A stretch of DNA of 64,000 bases from Chrysomallon squamiferum (GCA_012295275.1 CM022675.1:124001-188000), one strand, 5' to 3'. Numbered from the stretch's first letter, positions 1-14,165 are shown. Notes: generated by a model from the sequence alone, not told the origin. Program-made: numbers and translations.

Positions 1-735
1 CTGTGAATGTGTGAGACACTCAGCAGATCGCTGTGAATGTGTGAGACACTCAGCAGATCGCTGTGAATGTGACAGACACTCAGCAGATCGCTGTGAATGT
101 GTCAGACACTCAGCAGGTCGCTGTGAATGTGACAGACACTCAGCAGATCGCTGTGAATGTGACAGACACTCAGCAGATCGCTGTGAATGTGACAGACACT
201 CAGCAGATCGCTGTGAATGTGTCAGACACTCAGCAGATCGCTGTGAATGTGACAGACACACAGCAGATCGCTGTGAATGTGTCAGACACAGAGCAGATCG
301 CTGTGAATGTGTCAGACACTCAGCAGATCGCTGTGAATGTGTCAGACACTCAGCAGATCGCTGTGAATGTGACAGACACACAGCAGATCGCTGTGAATGT
401 GTCAGACACACAGCAGATCACTGTGAATGTGTCAGACACACAGCAGATCACTGTGAATGTGACAGACACAGTAGATCACTGTGAATGTGACAGACACTCA
501 GCAGATCACTGTGAATGTGACAGACACACAGCAGATCGCTGTGAATGTGTCAGACACTCAGCAGATCGCTGTGAATGTGTCAGACACTCAGCAGATCGCT
601 GTGAATGTGACAGACACTCAGCAGATCGCTGTGAATGTGTCAGACACACAGCAGATCGCTGTGAATGTGTCAGACACACAGCAGATCACTGTGAATGTGA
701 CAGACACAGCAGATCGCTGTGAATGTGTCAGATAT
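1..735. repeat. 30-bp tandem satellite (CTGTGAATGTGWCAGACACWCAGCAGATCG), about 24 copies, truncated by the window edge
   Basis: Directly visible 30-nt periodicity with occasional 2-nt deletions. Confidence 0.97.
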
Positions 736-1488
736 AGTGCAGTCCTCTCAGCCCCTTGGACTCCATTTCTCCAACCCTGGCTGCCCAGTCCACCACTGGT
801 CACCTTGTAAACAAACCAACCCTCCCCCACACTTTAATACCCCAACTGTCCCTGTGCCCCTCCCATCTCCTTCCTCACTCCCTTTTGTACCCAGCTGTCA
901 AAAGAAGGTGAGGGATGGGGTGGGATAGCACACAGTTGTATTGTCCATCCTTGTCCAGTCCTGTCCAGTCCTGTCCATTCCAGTCACATCACATTCCGCC
1001 TCTTTGCACTTCTCACTTTCCCTTCCCCAACCATTCCTTACCTTTGTCTTCCCTCCCCCCTACACACACTTCTCCCTTTCTCACCCCTCCCACCCACTCT
1101 CGCTACCTGTTACTGGTGTTCTGTTTTTTAGGTTAATTGGGGCTGAGGGACTCTGCCTGTCTGACTAGGGTCCACATGAATATTATACTGCTTTATCTCG
1201 TCTCCCACCCATCCCCACCCATCCTGACCCTTACCTCCCGTTTTGACCAGTTATCTCTGTCAGTCTACTTTGCTGTAACGTCTGGTCCTCCCTCATCCAT
1301 CTCCCCCACCCTTAATCTCCCTCCTTACCCTTCCCTCCTCTTTCCCACCCCACCTTGTTTCCTTACCAGCCCCTCCCTTTCTTCCCTCCCATCCCCTCTG
1401 TGCCCCCAGCCCTCTACATGAGTGTATGTGGATTTTCTGAATGAGGGATTCAAAATAAAATGAAATAATAATAATAATAATAAAAATG

Positions 1489-1571
<83 letters not shown>

Positions 1572-1581
1572 AATAATATTA

Positions 1582-1619
<38 letters not shown>

Positions 1620-1973
1620 TTATAAATTAATTAGTAAAAAAAAGGAAAAACAAAGAAAAAAAGGATGTCGAGTGGTAGGTTTGTACAAATACAAAGTCCT
1701 AGTCTGTCAGATGTTAGTGAATATTTCTAAATACCATTTAACATGTAAAGATATATAAATATTTTTGTTTTAAACTTTCCTTTTTTTAAGTATATTTTTC
1801 TTTTCATTTGTTCAAACACACAAACACACACACACACACACACGCACACACACACACCGTCACACACACACACTATTATATTAACATAATATAACAATAC
1901 ATTCAGACCCATTCAGGTAATGTATCAGTCATCTAAGACAAAAACTGTTTTACATCATACAATACAAGCACAC

Positions 1974-2197
1974 TCAGGGTTAGGGATAGGTTTTCGGCTG
2001 GGGTTAGTGTTAAGGTTAGGGTTGCAGTTTAGGGTTTAGGGTTAAGGGTTAGGGTCCTGGTTAGGGTCAGGGTCGGGTTAAGGGATAAGAGTTAAGGGTT
2101 AAGGGTTAGGGTCAGGGTTAGGGTTAAGTTATAGTTAGGGTTAGGGGTTAGGGTTTAGGGTTAAGGGTTAAGGGTCAGGGTCACGGTCAGATTCAGG
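1974..2197 (+). repeat. Degenerate interstitial telomeric (TTAGGG)n tract
   Basis: Many TTAGGG units mixed with TCAGGG, TTAAGGG and TTTAGGG variants. Confidence 0.85.
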
Positions 2198-2663
2198 TTT
2201 TTTTCAAAATATGTGCGTTTGTATTGCACGTGTCTGAAACGAGTTGTTCCCCTTGGGTGGGGCAGGCGGCACTTTTCAAAAACTGAATAGCCGTGTGGCT
2301 CTATGCCCGAGGGTCGGGAAAATTATTTCAACGTGTTCAAAAGGTGCGCGCTGTCGGGGCGAGTGTACAAAAACGTATCCAACATTTACAAGAGGTGTGC
2401 CACATATTTTAAAAGCGTGTGAAAAAAAAAGAGGATATTTTCAAAATATGTGCATTTCTTTTGCACGTGTCAGAAACATGGTGTACCCCTTGGGTGGGGC
2501 GTGCGGCACTTTTCACCTGTGTGGGGCAACCCTTACCACACTTTTGGGTATGTGCGCCCCATTTTTGCCACCTGCGGCGAAAAAGTTATTGCACTTTGAA
2601 AAAGTAACCTCTTGCATTTTCAACGCATATGTAAAGACTCGTGGCACGATGCACCGTATGTAT

Positions 2664-2732
<69 letters not shown>

Positions 2733-3054
2733 TATATGTGTGTGTGTGTGTATGTGTGTGTGTGTGTGTGTTTGTGTGTATATGTGTATATGTGTGTGTG
2801 TGTGTGTGTTTGTGTGTGTCGGTTTGAAAAAGGTATCTTCCAACGTAAAATTGAATTACCAGATCATGACGGCGCGATAGTTAATGTATTTTAAATTCAA
2901 TTTTCTTTATTTATTATTCATTTAATAAATAAATAAATAATAGTAATAACAGTAGTAGTAGTGGTAGTAGTAGTAGTGGTAGTATTATCTTTATCATTAT
3001 CATTATTATTATTATTATTGTTGTTGTTACTGTTATTGCTATTGTTACTGTTAC

Positions 3055-3126
<72 letters not shown>

Positions 3127-3539
3127 GAAGCAGATACAGTATTAAATACTAAAATAGTTGAAACAAAAACTGTCATCAGATTGAGTCTCCTTTATACAAC
3201 ATTAGAAAACAGTTTATACAAAACCAGAACAGTTAATTATATTAAAACGTTTAAAAAATAAGAAGAACAGACAGATTATTGGCAGATCCGAAAACCAAAA
3301 ACAAAATAAGTGCCGCCAAATACAGAATTCAAAATGCATTGGGTACAAATAGTATCGGGTGCGGGGTATCTTGGGTACAAGTTGTCTAGAATTATATGTG
3401 TGTCTATAATTACATCAATTCAGGCTAATTAAACATGTTGATTTTATTGAACAGTAAATAATGTAGCGTATGGTGGCAAGGTATTAATGTTTACGTATGT
3501 CTTGAAAAGTCAAATAATCCCAAACTATGTTTTCACGAA

Positions 3540-3660
3540 GTTTCAACAAGTTACTGGACAAGTTCGCTCTTTCTTCCAGATAATTTTGCATTAAGTTCTT
3601 TTAGCCACGTTATTGTCTGTTCTCCATACCATGTGACATCCAGGTCTTTGTTTAAAGTAG
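3540..3660 (-). pseudogene. SAP-domain-like coding relic, probably from a transposon; further copies at about 16750-16860(-), 61050-61160(-) and 62590-62710(+)
   Basis: Minus-strand translation ...WLKELNAKLSGRKSELVQ* resembles the SAP motif LK..L...SG.K.ELV.RL. It is stop-interrupted and lies in a block repeated upstream of genes A, B and F. Confidence 0.45.
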
Positions 3661-4185
3661 AATAAATAATAAAGTCTTGTTTCTTGTGATTAAAAACATC
3701 GACATAATCGAAGTAATGAATTCCATTATAAAAAGTGTTTTTTTTTTTTTTCAAATTATTTAAAAAAATTATAAAAAATGTAACGATAATAAAGCATTGG
3801 TTTTCTCCTAGATACAATTTATTACTATGTATATGCATTAACAATAGCTGCTATAGCTTCTGCAACAACTACTGCTATTACTACTACTACTACTACTACA
3901 ACTACAACTTACACTACTGTTGCTGCTGCGGCTACTACTTCCACTACTGCAACTAGTGCAACTACTACTGGTATTATTATTATTACTACTACTACTATCA
4001 CCTTCACTATTACTATTAATAAGATTATTATTATTATTATTACTACTACTACTACCACTACTAGCTCTACTACTACCACTATCACTATTACTATTAATAT
4101 GATTATTATTATTATTACTACCACTACTACTAGCACCACCACTACTACTACTACTACTACTATTACTATTACTATGATGATGATG

Positions 4186-4217
<32 letters not shown>

Positions 4218-4261
4218 TACTACTACTACTACTATCACCTTCACTATTACTATTAATAAGA

Positions 4262-4292
<31 letters not shown>

Positions 4293-4525
4293 TACTAGCA
4301 CTACTACTACCACTATCACTATTACTATTAATATGATTATTATTATTATTGTTATTGTTATTATTATTACTATTATTTATTATTATCATCATCATCATCA
4401 TCATAATTATTATACATTGATAGGACAGCAGAAACATTTTCATTGACTAGCAGAAGCAGTATTTTATTTGTTGCTTTCCATAAATAAATAATCGACCTTT
4501 GTTATGTGAGAGTGTGTGTGTGTGG

Positions 4526-4578
<53 letters not shown>

Positions 4579-4799
4579 CACATAAAAAATTGAACAAACG
4601 CAAGTGGAACGAAACATCGACCTCTCGCTGAAACGAATAATAACACGTATAAAGCCGTCTGGTTTTCTTAATTACTTTTCTATTTGTTTAAATTACTATA
4701 GAAGATCTGCACGCACACACACACACACACAATCACACACACACGAATACACATACACACATATACACACACACGAATACACATACACACACAATAATT

Positions 4800-5023
4800 T
4801 ATTCAGTTTTCTATTGTGTCTTCAACTCTATTTTGCCGTAGGCTTTGTCATGCGCGAGTTTATCTAAAGCAAGTTTTATTTTTATGACACAGATACACTA
4901 CACTGCTTTATAACTAAGTCAACACGAGAAGGAAAAACCTGTCATGACTCTAACAAGTGCGATCTTCTTCCTGGTCCAGCTTTTTTGTACACAGTAGTTA
5001 TTTAACATCTCAAAGAATCCGCC
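4800..5023 (+). promoter_or_regulatory. Conserved upstream block (proximal promoter or 5'UTR) preceding each exon 1
   Basis: TTCAGTTTTCTATTG...CTTTGTCATGCGCGAGTTTATCTAAA...AAGGAAAAACC recurs at about 17890, 35810, 51510 and 63195, and partially at 35340 and 42395. Confidence 0.5.
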
Positions 5024-5190
5024 ATGTTGTCTACAGTTGTCGCTATTTTTATTATTTTGTTCTTGTGTTTGTCACCTACCCAGTCAGAAATATTAAGTAA
5101 GTAGATTTTATATCTGTATGATCAAAAGTAGGAATAGATATAAATAAACTGACGTATTTTTAAGTTAATTATAATGTCTCATTATTAAGC

Positions 5191-5286
<96 letters not shown>

Positions 5287-5586
5287 GCTGAGTGTGTGTA
5301 TTTGTCTTTCTAATATTCCGGTCTCTGTCGCTGTTATTCTCTTTTTCTCCATTTCACACACATACAGCTTTGCCAGCACTCATTCACGCTCTGTGTATAC
5401 ACAAGCCAAACACTACACTTGACCTTTGAAATGATGTCAGATACTAACACATTTTTATAGATAAATATATTTTCATTACTGCATTTTTTACTTGTCAGCG
5501 GTTACGGGTGAAAGGATATGAGGCCTTAAATGGTGTAATTTTATTATTATTATTATTATTGCTGTTATTATTATTATTATTATTAC

Positions 5587-5636
<50 letters not shown>

Positions 5637-5678
5637 TAATAGAGTACCGTAAACACACAGACACACACACGCATGCCG

Positions 5679-5709
<31 letters not shown>

Positions 5710-5826
5710 TTCTTTCTTTGAGTAGAAGAACAAGAACAACAAGAGCCAATACTGCCAGCGCTTTATTTTTAATTTTGTATTTCTTTGTTGTTTTTTTGTA
5801 TTTATTTTTGTATTTATTTATTTTTT

Positions 5827-5885
<59 letters not shown>

Positions 5886-7194
5886 GTTTATGGTGAAATT
5901 GTCATCGGTAGCGAGTACCGGGACCCAGTTTTCAAACATTCATCTGAGCGCTGCCATGGAAACCGTGTGTTTATGTTCGTACGACCGTGTCTGCGTGCGT
6001 GCGTGCGTGCGTAAGTATGTATGTATGTATGTATGTATGTATGTATGTATGTATGTATGTATTGTATTGTATTGTATTGTATGTATGTATGTATGTGTGT
6101 GTATGTATGTGTGTGTGTGTGCGTGCATGCGTCGGTTTGAAAAAGGTGTCTTCCAATATAAAACTGAATTCGCAGATCACGACGGCGCGATTATTAATGC
6201 ATTTCAATTTCAGTGTTTACTTTTTATTTATTTTATTCATTTAGAAAATAAATAAATAAATAAATAAATAAACAAATAAACAAAAACAATAAATAGTAAT
6301 AATAATAATAATAATTAAAACAACAACAAGAACGAGTGGAGTGCCGCCGACCCGACCCGACCCTACCCGAGTGTAGCCGAACGGAGCTGAGCTGAGATCG
6401 GTTCCCATGGCAGCGGTGAGACGAACGTTAGAAAACTGGGTCTCGGTACTCGCTACCGATGTCAATTTCGCCTTAAAGACTGCACAAAAATAAAGAATAA
6501 AAACATTTAAAAAAATATAAAACATTATTGACAGTGACACAATTTACAGTCCATCACCACGAAAGACGAAAGGCTGTTCACAACAACAACAGCAACAACA
6601 ACAACAATAGCAGCTGCATCAGCACCACAACCACCACCACTACTACCACTACCAACAACAGCAATAATGCTAATTTCATACAAAATTACTCCTGAACACA
6701 GGATAACTACGAAACCGTTCTATTACTATCATTACTACTAGTACTACTACTACTACTACTACTACTACCACTACTACTACTACTACAACTACTACTACAA
6801 CTACTACTACAACTACTACTACAGCTACTACTACTACTATTAATTTTTTTGTTTATTTATTTATTTATAAACATAAGTCTCTTTTTTTAATAATAAAAAA
6901 TAAAAAATATTTGTTATTAATAATTAAATAATAATAATAATAATAATATTAATAATAATAAGACAACAATAATAACAAAAACAACAAAAAATATATATTA
7001 AATTGATAGTTCTCTTAACATGAAGACATATTATATTAGATCAAACATTAAGTGTACCTATACAGTTTTAGTAAAATATTAGAAAGAAAAATAAACTGAA
7101 ATGTTCGCTTCTATTTGACTTAAATATTTTGCCATTTTATTTCTATTTAACATAAAATGAACTAACTTTATCAAATTTACGAGTTTATGTGATG

Positions 7195-7394
7195 NNNNNN
7201 NNNNNNNNNNNNNNNNNNNNNNNNNNNNNNNNNNNNNNNNNNNNNNNNNNNNNNNNNNNNNNNNNNNNNNNNNNNNNNNNNNNNNNNNNNNNNNNNNNNN
7301 NNNNNNNNNNNNNNNNNNNNNNNNNNNNNNNNNNNNNNNNNNNNNNNNNNNNNNNNNNNNNNNNNNNNNNNNNNNNNNNNNNNNNNNNNNNNNN
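7195..7394. other. Assembly gap (200 N)
   Basis: Run of N at the position where exons 2-4 of paralog A are expected by comparison with B. Confidence 0.99.
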
Positions 7395-7443
7395 TGTTGT
7401 AGCACCAGTGGTAGAAATACTAGCATTTGAAACATCATAAACA

Positions 7444-7745
7444 GTAGCAGTAATAGTGGAGGTAATGTTTATAATGGTTTTTAAACTATTAGTACTAGTA
7501 GTAATAATAGTAGCAATAAAGAGTAGCAGTAATAGTGGAGCTAATGTTTATAATGGTTTTTAATCTATAAGTACTAGTAGTAATAATAGTAGCAATAAAG
7601 AGTAGCAGTAATAGTGGAGCTAATGTTTATAATGGTTTTTAATCTATAAGTACTAGTAGTAATAAACAGTAGTAGTAATAGTGGAGGTAATGTTTATAAT
7701 AGTTTTTAAACTATTAGTACTAGTAGTAATAATAGTAGCAATAAA
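7444..7745. repeat. About 79-bp tandem repeat, 3-4 copies, in an AGT-rich intron
   Basis: GTAGCAGTAATAGTGGAG recurs at 7444, 7523 and 7602, with a further partial copy near 7672. Confidence 0.7.
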
Positions 7746-7948
7746 CGTAGTAGTCGTTGTTGTAGATGTGAATGTAACAAAAGGCGCCAAGGTAAGACTA
7801 GGTGTAGGTGGCATTACTAGTGGTAGTAGCAATATAAATAGTTTTAGTTGTAGAAGAAGAAGAAGAAGGAGTAGTAGTTGTGGTAGTAGTAGTAGTAGTG
7901 GTAGTAGTAGTTGTAGAAGAAGAAGCACTAGTAATAGTAGCAGTAATA

Positions 7949-7979
<31 letters not shown>

Positions 7980-8198
7980 CAGAAGTAGTATCACACAGAC
8001 ACTGTTTTTATATTAAAGAAATATTTTATTTCAGATCTGCCTGTTTCTGTAGATATAAAAAGCAGAACAAGTAAAAACAGCAACTGCGGCTTCGTCAAAT
8101 ATGAAAATAACAAAATCACCCTTCGATTTGAAAACTGTAATACACAGTGGACGTCAGCTGTTTGTCCAAGTATGTTGTCTGTTTGTTTTTTTGTTTGT

Positions 8199-8253
<55 letters not shown>

Positions 8254-10889
8254 TTTGTTTATTTGTTTGCTTATTTTTTTGTTTGTTTCTGTTCTGACAC
8301 TATATACGTTTGTGCATCAGTGATATGTTTGTTTATGTGAATTTGTGTTCGGTTAACAAATATTATTTTTGTTATTTCAAAATGCTAACATTGGTTCAGT
8401 TAAAAGAAAAAAAAGTAAGAAAAGAAAAAAGCAATGGAAAGAAGATTTGTTTAAAGCTAAAAGTAATTCCACTGACGTTTGTTCTACGTTTCAGAAAACA
8501 GCTTTAAAACCGACAGGAGACATATCTGCGGAAACACGATATGTATTGTTTTAAAACAGTTCTTACAATGGAATGAAGCAGAAGTAGAATGTGGAGGAAA
8601 TTTGTCAAAACTGACAGACACAGCAGAGTCAGAACTGAAAAAACTGATCAACGATTATTACATTTGGTTGGAAAGTTATTGGATTGGACTGAAACGAAAC
8701 ATTGAATGGAGATGGATTGATGGTAAGAAAACTCAGCTGTACAGACCTAAATACAAACATACATATATACGCACATACATACACAAATACGTCTTTCCAG
8801 GTCACTTTGTGGGCACTTTTTGGCAGTCGGTCATTTCAATGACAGACTTTTAACCGAAAGGACATTTGGACGAATAGACACTAACCGAATGGACAAATGG
8901 CCGAACTGGCAAATAGTTTCTATGATGTAAAGCCAGAAGGATATTTTATTTTTCATTAAGATATACATAGTATGTAGTGAGGTAGGCATATTTCAGGGAA
9001 GTTGCTGAAAGCTAGAATTAATCTGTTTCTTCGCCACTTTAAACACAACGAGGTCTGCCATTTCAATTCAGCCAGTGTAACACAGCCCACAATCTTTAAA
9101 CAGTTTTGAATACATTGTTATACTGTAATTTAATATTACATTATTTCACAATTAATATCATTTGTTGTAAATGATGTGCAATAAAGAATTTTATTTATCA
9201 TGTTATTATATTTGTAGTTTATTTCATAAACAAATCATGAATGATGACGGTAGATTAAAAATCATGACTTATTAATGACAATATTTTCAATTCTTTCTTT
9301 TTTTTTTCTTCTTTTTTTTTCTTAAAGGAAGCCTTGTTACATTTCCTCCCAACAGTTATGGAACAAAAACTCATCAAAGTATTGCATGGTGGAGAAACTT
9401 CAATGACAACATTTCCAAAAAGTCATCGATGAAATTTTCTGCTGTCTGTCAACTTTGTGAGTATTGTGTGTGTGTGTGTGTGTGCTATAGTGTTGTTTTA
9501 TTAAAAAGAAGAAACTTTAAAAACAGTACACAGACATACAGAATCACAGATACATGGTTAGATATATAAATACAGGCATAAAAACATGCATAATATACTA
9601 GACTCACACAAACATACAAAATATATATATATATATATACGACAGACTCATACGAATGTAATATCAATTAATTTCTATAAATTAATGTTTTTTTTAACGT
9701 ATAAAAATAATATTTTTATTGGTATTTCTTATACATATTATTTTAAAAAAATTAAAGTTTAGTAAAAGTAGTATTTTAGTAAATGTAAAGTAGTAGTAGT
9801 AGTAGTAGTAGTAATTTTGAAACAACAGTCAGAAACGATACGCACATCCTGATCTTAAATTAAAAATAATTACAGTGGCATTTGATAAGAAATAAGATAA
9901 TGTTGATAATGTAGATAATAATGATAAAGACGATATACCATTTCACTATAAAGATTTTCTGTTAAAAAAAACATGTAACTTTTATTAACAGATAAAACAA
10001 CTACAACATCGGTTCCAACGACCAAACTACTAAAACTTAACACGACGGTAAGAACGACAACGACAACAAAAGAAACAGTGGACTTCACAACAACAGTTTA
10101 ACTTTACAACAACGTTGTTTGAAAAGGAAAAAACAACGACAAGGACGAACCAGTCGAAGAACAATTTTTGATTACAATATTTGCTTTAATTTTTAAATTT
10201 TATTTTAATTTTGTTTATTTGTTTTTTCATAAATTTTTTTACTTTATTTTTACATTAATTGTTATTATTATTATTTTTTTTTACAATTTTATTTTTAAAA
10301 TTTATTATATTTTATCTTATTTTATTAAAAGTAGTAGTAATAGTAGACAGTTCTGAAACAATCAGAAACGAAAGACAAATACATAAATTCGAAGAATAAA
10401 TTTTCTGTCTTTTTTTGATTTTTTCTTTTATTTTAATATTTACTTACATTTTCTAATTTTTTTTTTATTTATTTTTTATTTCATTTTTTCCAAGAACAAT
10501 TTGTTTTTTTAAATATTTTCTTTATTTTCTTATTATTTCGTTTTTCTTTATCTTTTTTTTTTTTTTTATTTATTTATTTTATTTATTTAATTTTCTTTTT
10601 ATTTTTTTTTTTTTTTTTTTATCAATGTTTTTCGTTTCTGGTGGCTTGTTTTCTTTTTAAAGAATGATCACAAATGCTCTGTTTCCTTAATTTTAAATTA
10701 CGACTGTTGAATTGTGGATAAATGATATTAAAAGTTTTGTAACAAGCTCAGAGGTTAGGTAAATATATAGATGGTAACAATATTTATAACTTGTTTATTT
10801 TTAGCTTTGATTGGCGGCAGTGTTGTTGCTGTTATTGTTGTTATGGTAACATCTATCTTGATTTTCATCTGGATGAAACGGTAAAAAAT

Positions 10890-10928
<39 letters not shown>

Positions 10929-12528
10929 TTTTAATTTTATTTATTTTTTATTTTACTGTATATTTATTTATTTAAACGGTAAAAATCGTAGAAAACACGG
11001 ATACTACTGAAATGTATTAAAACATTTGAGGTGTTATGAAACAATAAATTCCTCTTTTTTTCTTTCTTTTTTAAAAATTATACCAAAATAAATAAATAAA
11101 TAAATAATAAGTGTATCTATTATTATTTTCAATTTTCATTCTATATTATGTTACAGAACAAAACGTTTTTGTTTCGCAAAAAGAAAAAAACAGAACAGTT
11201 CATTTTCGTAAAGACTGTTAAAAAAACACAGCAGTCACATAAACAAAAGTTACAACACTGAAACTGCAGACTATGAATCTGAACAACCTGTTAAAACGGG
11301 AATTAACAAAACCATGAACGAGAACCTGTCTAATGACGTAAAAAGTTACGTAAATTCTGACGTGACACGCGAAGCAGAAGATGACGACTATTACAGTAAA
11401 ATTAACAAAGTTAAACGAGGAACGGTAACTCTACTTCAAACTGATAAACAGAGTTGTTCCCCTCTAACCACTGACAGCAGACAGAATATTTACGTGAATG
11501 TTAGTAATGATTCAGATTACGAAACAGCAGAAGCGATTCAAGAAAATCGTCATGTTACTGAAGATAAACATAATGGTGGCGATTTCGACAAAACAGACGG
11601 GAAAAGAATGAAGACAAACACACCGAAGATGCACATTAACATCGCTGATGATGGAGTTTACGATACGACAGACAGAAAAATACCGACAGCAACTTCATCG
11701 AATGTGTACCATCATCTTGGTAAACAAAACGTCGACGACTACGACACAACAGAAGCCGTTGTTTCAAATTTCTGTGATTCCAGTTTATATAACCACACTG
11801 ACGTAAATTCATCTCAGTATTCATTAAAAGCAGACGACATCAACTGTGAGAACGTAGATGAAGAACTGAATTTCTCTCAAAATGATGGAAATGTTTATTT
11901 CGTCCTGGAAGACGAAGATGTAGATGAAAATCCAGCTTAAAATTTATAAAATAATTGTTTGAATACTTGGAGTTCACAGTAATGTATAAAATGACATCGA
12001 CCAATTCTCTTCACTCTACTAATTCCACATCAAATAACAAAACAAATCAATAAAATATTTGATGCAGCTTGTTTTGAATTTAATAGTTGGTAAATGTATA
12101 TCATCCCTATGCCATTCTCCTGCAAGAAATTATTACCTTTGTTTATCCTCAGAAAGTAATATCATTTGAGATATCATTTGTGGTGTTGATTAAGAAATAT
12201 TTCAGTTTTATTTTATTCTAAAATTATATTTCAACTATTTTACCTGTTGATGTTATACTTTGTTCATTTATATACTATGTTAGACCTTCACACATTATTA
12301 TGTTAATTTGTTTTTTTTTTTATATATTATTCCTATTATTTAGATGTTACTGAGAAATTATATTAAATTGTATGAAAACAATAAAATTTAAGAATAATAG
12401 AACTTTCTCTCTTATTTAATTAAAAAAAAAAGTGCAGATCTATTTATGTAATGTTTTTCACAACAATTCATCAAATTTATTAAGTAAAAATAAAAGACCA
12501 GACACAACCACACACACACACACACAGA

Positions 12529-12581
<53 letters not shown>

Positions 12582-12621
12582 CAGGGCAATGTGTTGGTAC
12601 ATATGGACATGGACATCTCAA

Positions 12622-12778
<157 letters not shown>

Positions 12779-13342
12779 TTGTGGCTCAAAACCTAAAACA
12801 GATAAATTCAATTTTCATAATTTATTCCACACTTAAACGTATTCTTAAAATTCGTAAACAGAAAACACTAATTTGTATATAGTCAAATGAGGAATACAGG
12901 AAAGAGGCAAACAACAGTTACAGAGAGAAACAATGTATATGTGTGTGCATACTTGTATGTGTACATGCATGTATGAGTGTATGTATGTGCGTGTGTCCTT
13001 GTTTGTGAATGCTAGAACACGTATTGTTTGTAAATAATGTGTGCGTGTGTGCGTGTCTGCATAGATATAATTTATTGAATAAAAATTAAAACTGATATTT
13101 TGTACCTATGGTGAACAGTCCCCCGGTAATCCATTTTCAAGTACAAATTACCGTATTAGCCACTACGAGGTGGGGGTGTCATCACTCACCAGGTGACTCC
13201 GTGTCGCTGCATTTTAGGTACAATTTATTAAAACAATGGTGAGGAATCATCTAAAATTTACTTTGAATTCAAACAGAATACGACACATAGCAAATAACTA
13301 TCTCTATTGTTAATATTCATTATTATTAAACTAAGTGATATA

Positions 13343-13546
<204 letters not shown>

Positions 13547-13700
13547 TTTCCGTGACACTGACATCGGTAGTGAGTTCCGACACCAGTTTTCAAACTTTCA
13601 TCTCACCGCTGCCATGGAAACCTGTTTCAGCTCAACTCGACTTGGCCTCCGTTTCTGCTTATTTCCTACTGTTTCTTTATTCCTACTGCTACTATTATTA

Positions 13701-13771
<71 letters not shown>

Positions 13772-13845
13772 GCCATCGTGATCGTTATTTAGCGCACGCA
13801 ATAAGAACAACAAAGATAAATAGACCTCGGTTCGTTAAAGCGATC

Positions 13846-13964
13846 GTCTACGGCCACACCACGTTGAAAGCACCGGTTCTCGTCCGATCACCGAAGTTAA
13901 GCAACGCAGGGCTCGGACAGTACTTGGATGGGTGACCGCCTGGGAACACCGAGTGCCGTAGACA
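13846..13964 (+). rRNA. 5S rRNA: 5S rRNA gene
   Basis: GTCTACGGCCACACCACGTTGAAAGCACCGGTTCTCGTCCGATCACCGAAGTTAAGC...TACTTGGATGGGTGACCGCCTGGGAACACCGAGTGCCGTAGACA. It is about 119 nt, has complementary ends (GTCTACGGC/GCCGTAGAC) and is followed by a T-rich tract. Confidence 0.95.
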
Positions 13965-14084
13965 CGCCTCTTTCTTTCTTTTCTTTTCTTTTCTTTTCTT
14001 TTCTTTCTTTCTTTCTTTCTTTCTTATTTTAAGAGCGACAACAAGAGCAAATACTGCCAGTGTTTACGTTGAAATTGAAATGTG

Positions 14085-14165
<81 letters not shown>

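Larger units (their letters stand above)
5024..11940 (+). pseudogene. CTLD(WSC)-CTLD-stalk-TM receptor paralog A (long-tail class), disrupted or a secreted variant; exons 2-4 not visible, presumably in the N-gap
   Basis: Exons: E1 5024-5096 (signal peptide MLSTVVAIFIILFLCLSPTQSEIL, GCCATG context, GTAAGT donor), E5 8035-8169, E6 8495-8722 (YWIGLKRNIEWRWIDG), E7 9328-9456, E8 from 9992, E9 (TM) 10805-10880, E10 11157-11940. A 2-nt deletion versus B gives TAA at 10099-10101, the E8 donor is lost, and there is an in-frame TAA at about 11209. Confidence 0.75.

Noticed and set aside
1-735. CRISPR-like appearance of the 30-bp repeat (and of the 17-bp array)
   Set aside because: The units are contiguous with no unique spacers, there are no cas genes, and the DNA is eukaryotic.
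11-810. Long ORFs (RHSADRCEC / VNVTDTQQIA repeats)
   Set aside because: These are translations of a stop-poor 30-bp satellite. The frames shift at 2-nt deletions and there is no gene context.
740-1450. Pyrimidine-rich tract with faint resemblance to a Penelope/LINE 3' end before an (AAT)n run
   Set aside because: No convincing RT or GIY-YIG motif can be read. It would need a Dfam/Repbase search.
2244-2894. 216-aa ORF after the telomeric tract
   Set aside because: It starts at TTG, spans a direct repeat and a (GT)n microsatellite, and shows no recognisable domain.
3838-4446. Poly-N/S/I/T/L ORFs here, and the many ER/SL/CV/HT ORFs across the window
   Set aside because: These are translations of (AAT)n, (ACT)n, (AG)n and (GT)n microsatellites.
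8795-8915. Short GGACATTTGGNCGAA-type internal repeats (inverted relatives at about 24325 and 47315)
   Set aside because: Probably relics of a non-autonomous element, but the boundaries and family cannot be supported from sequence alone.
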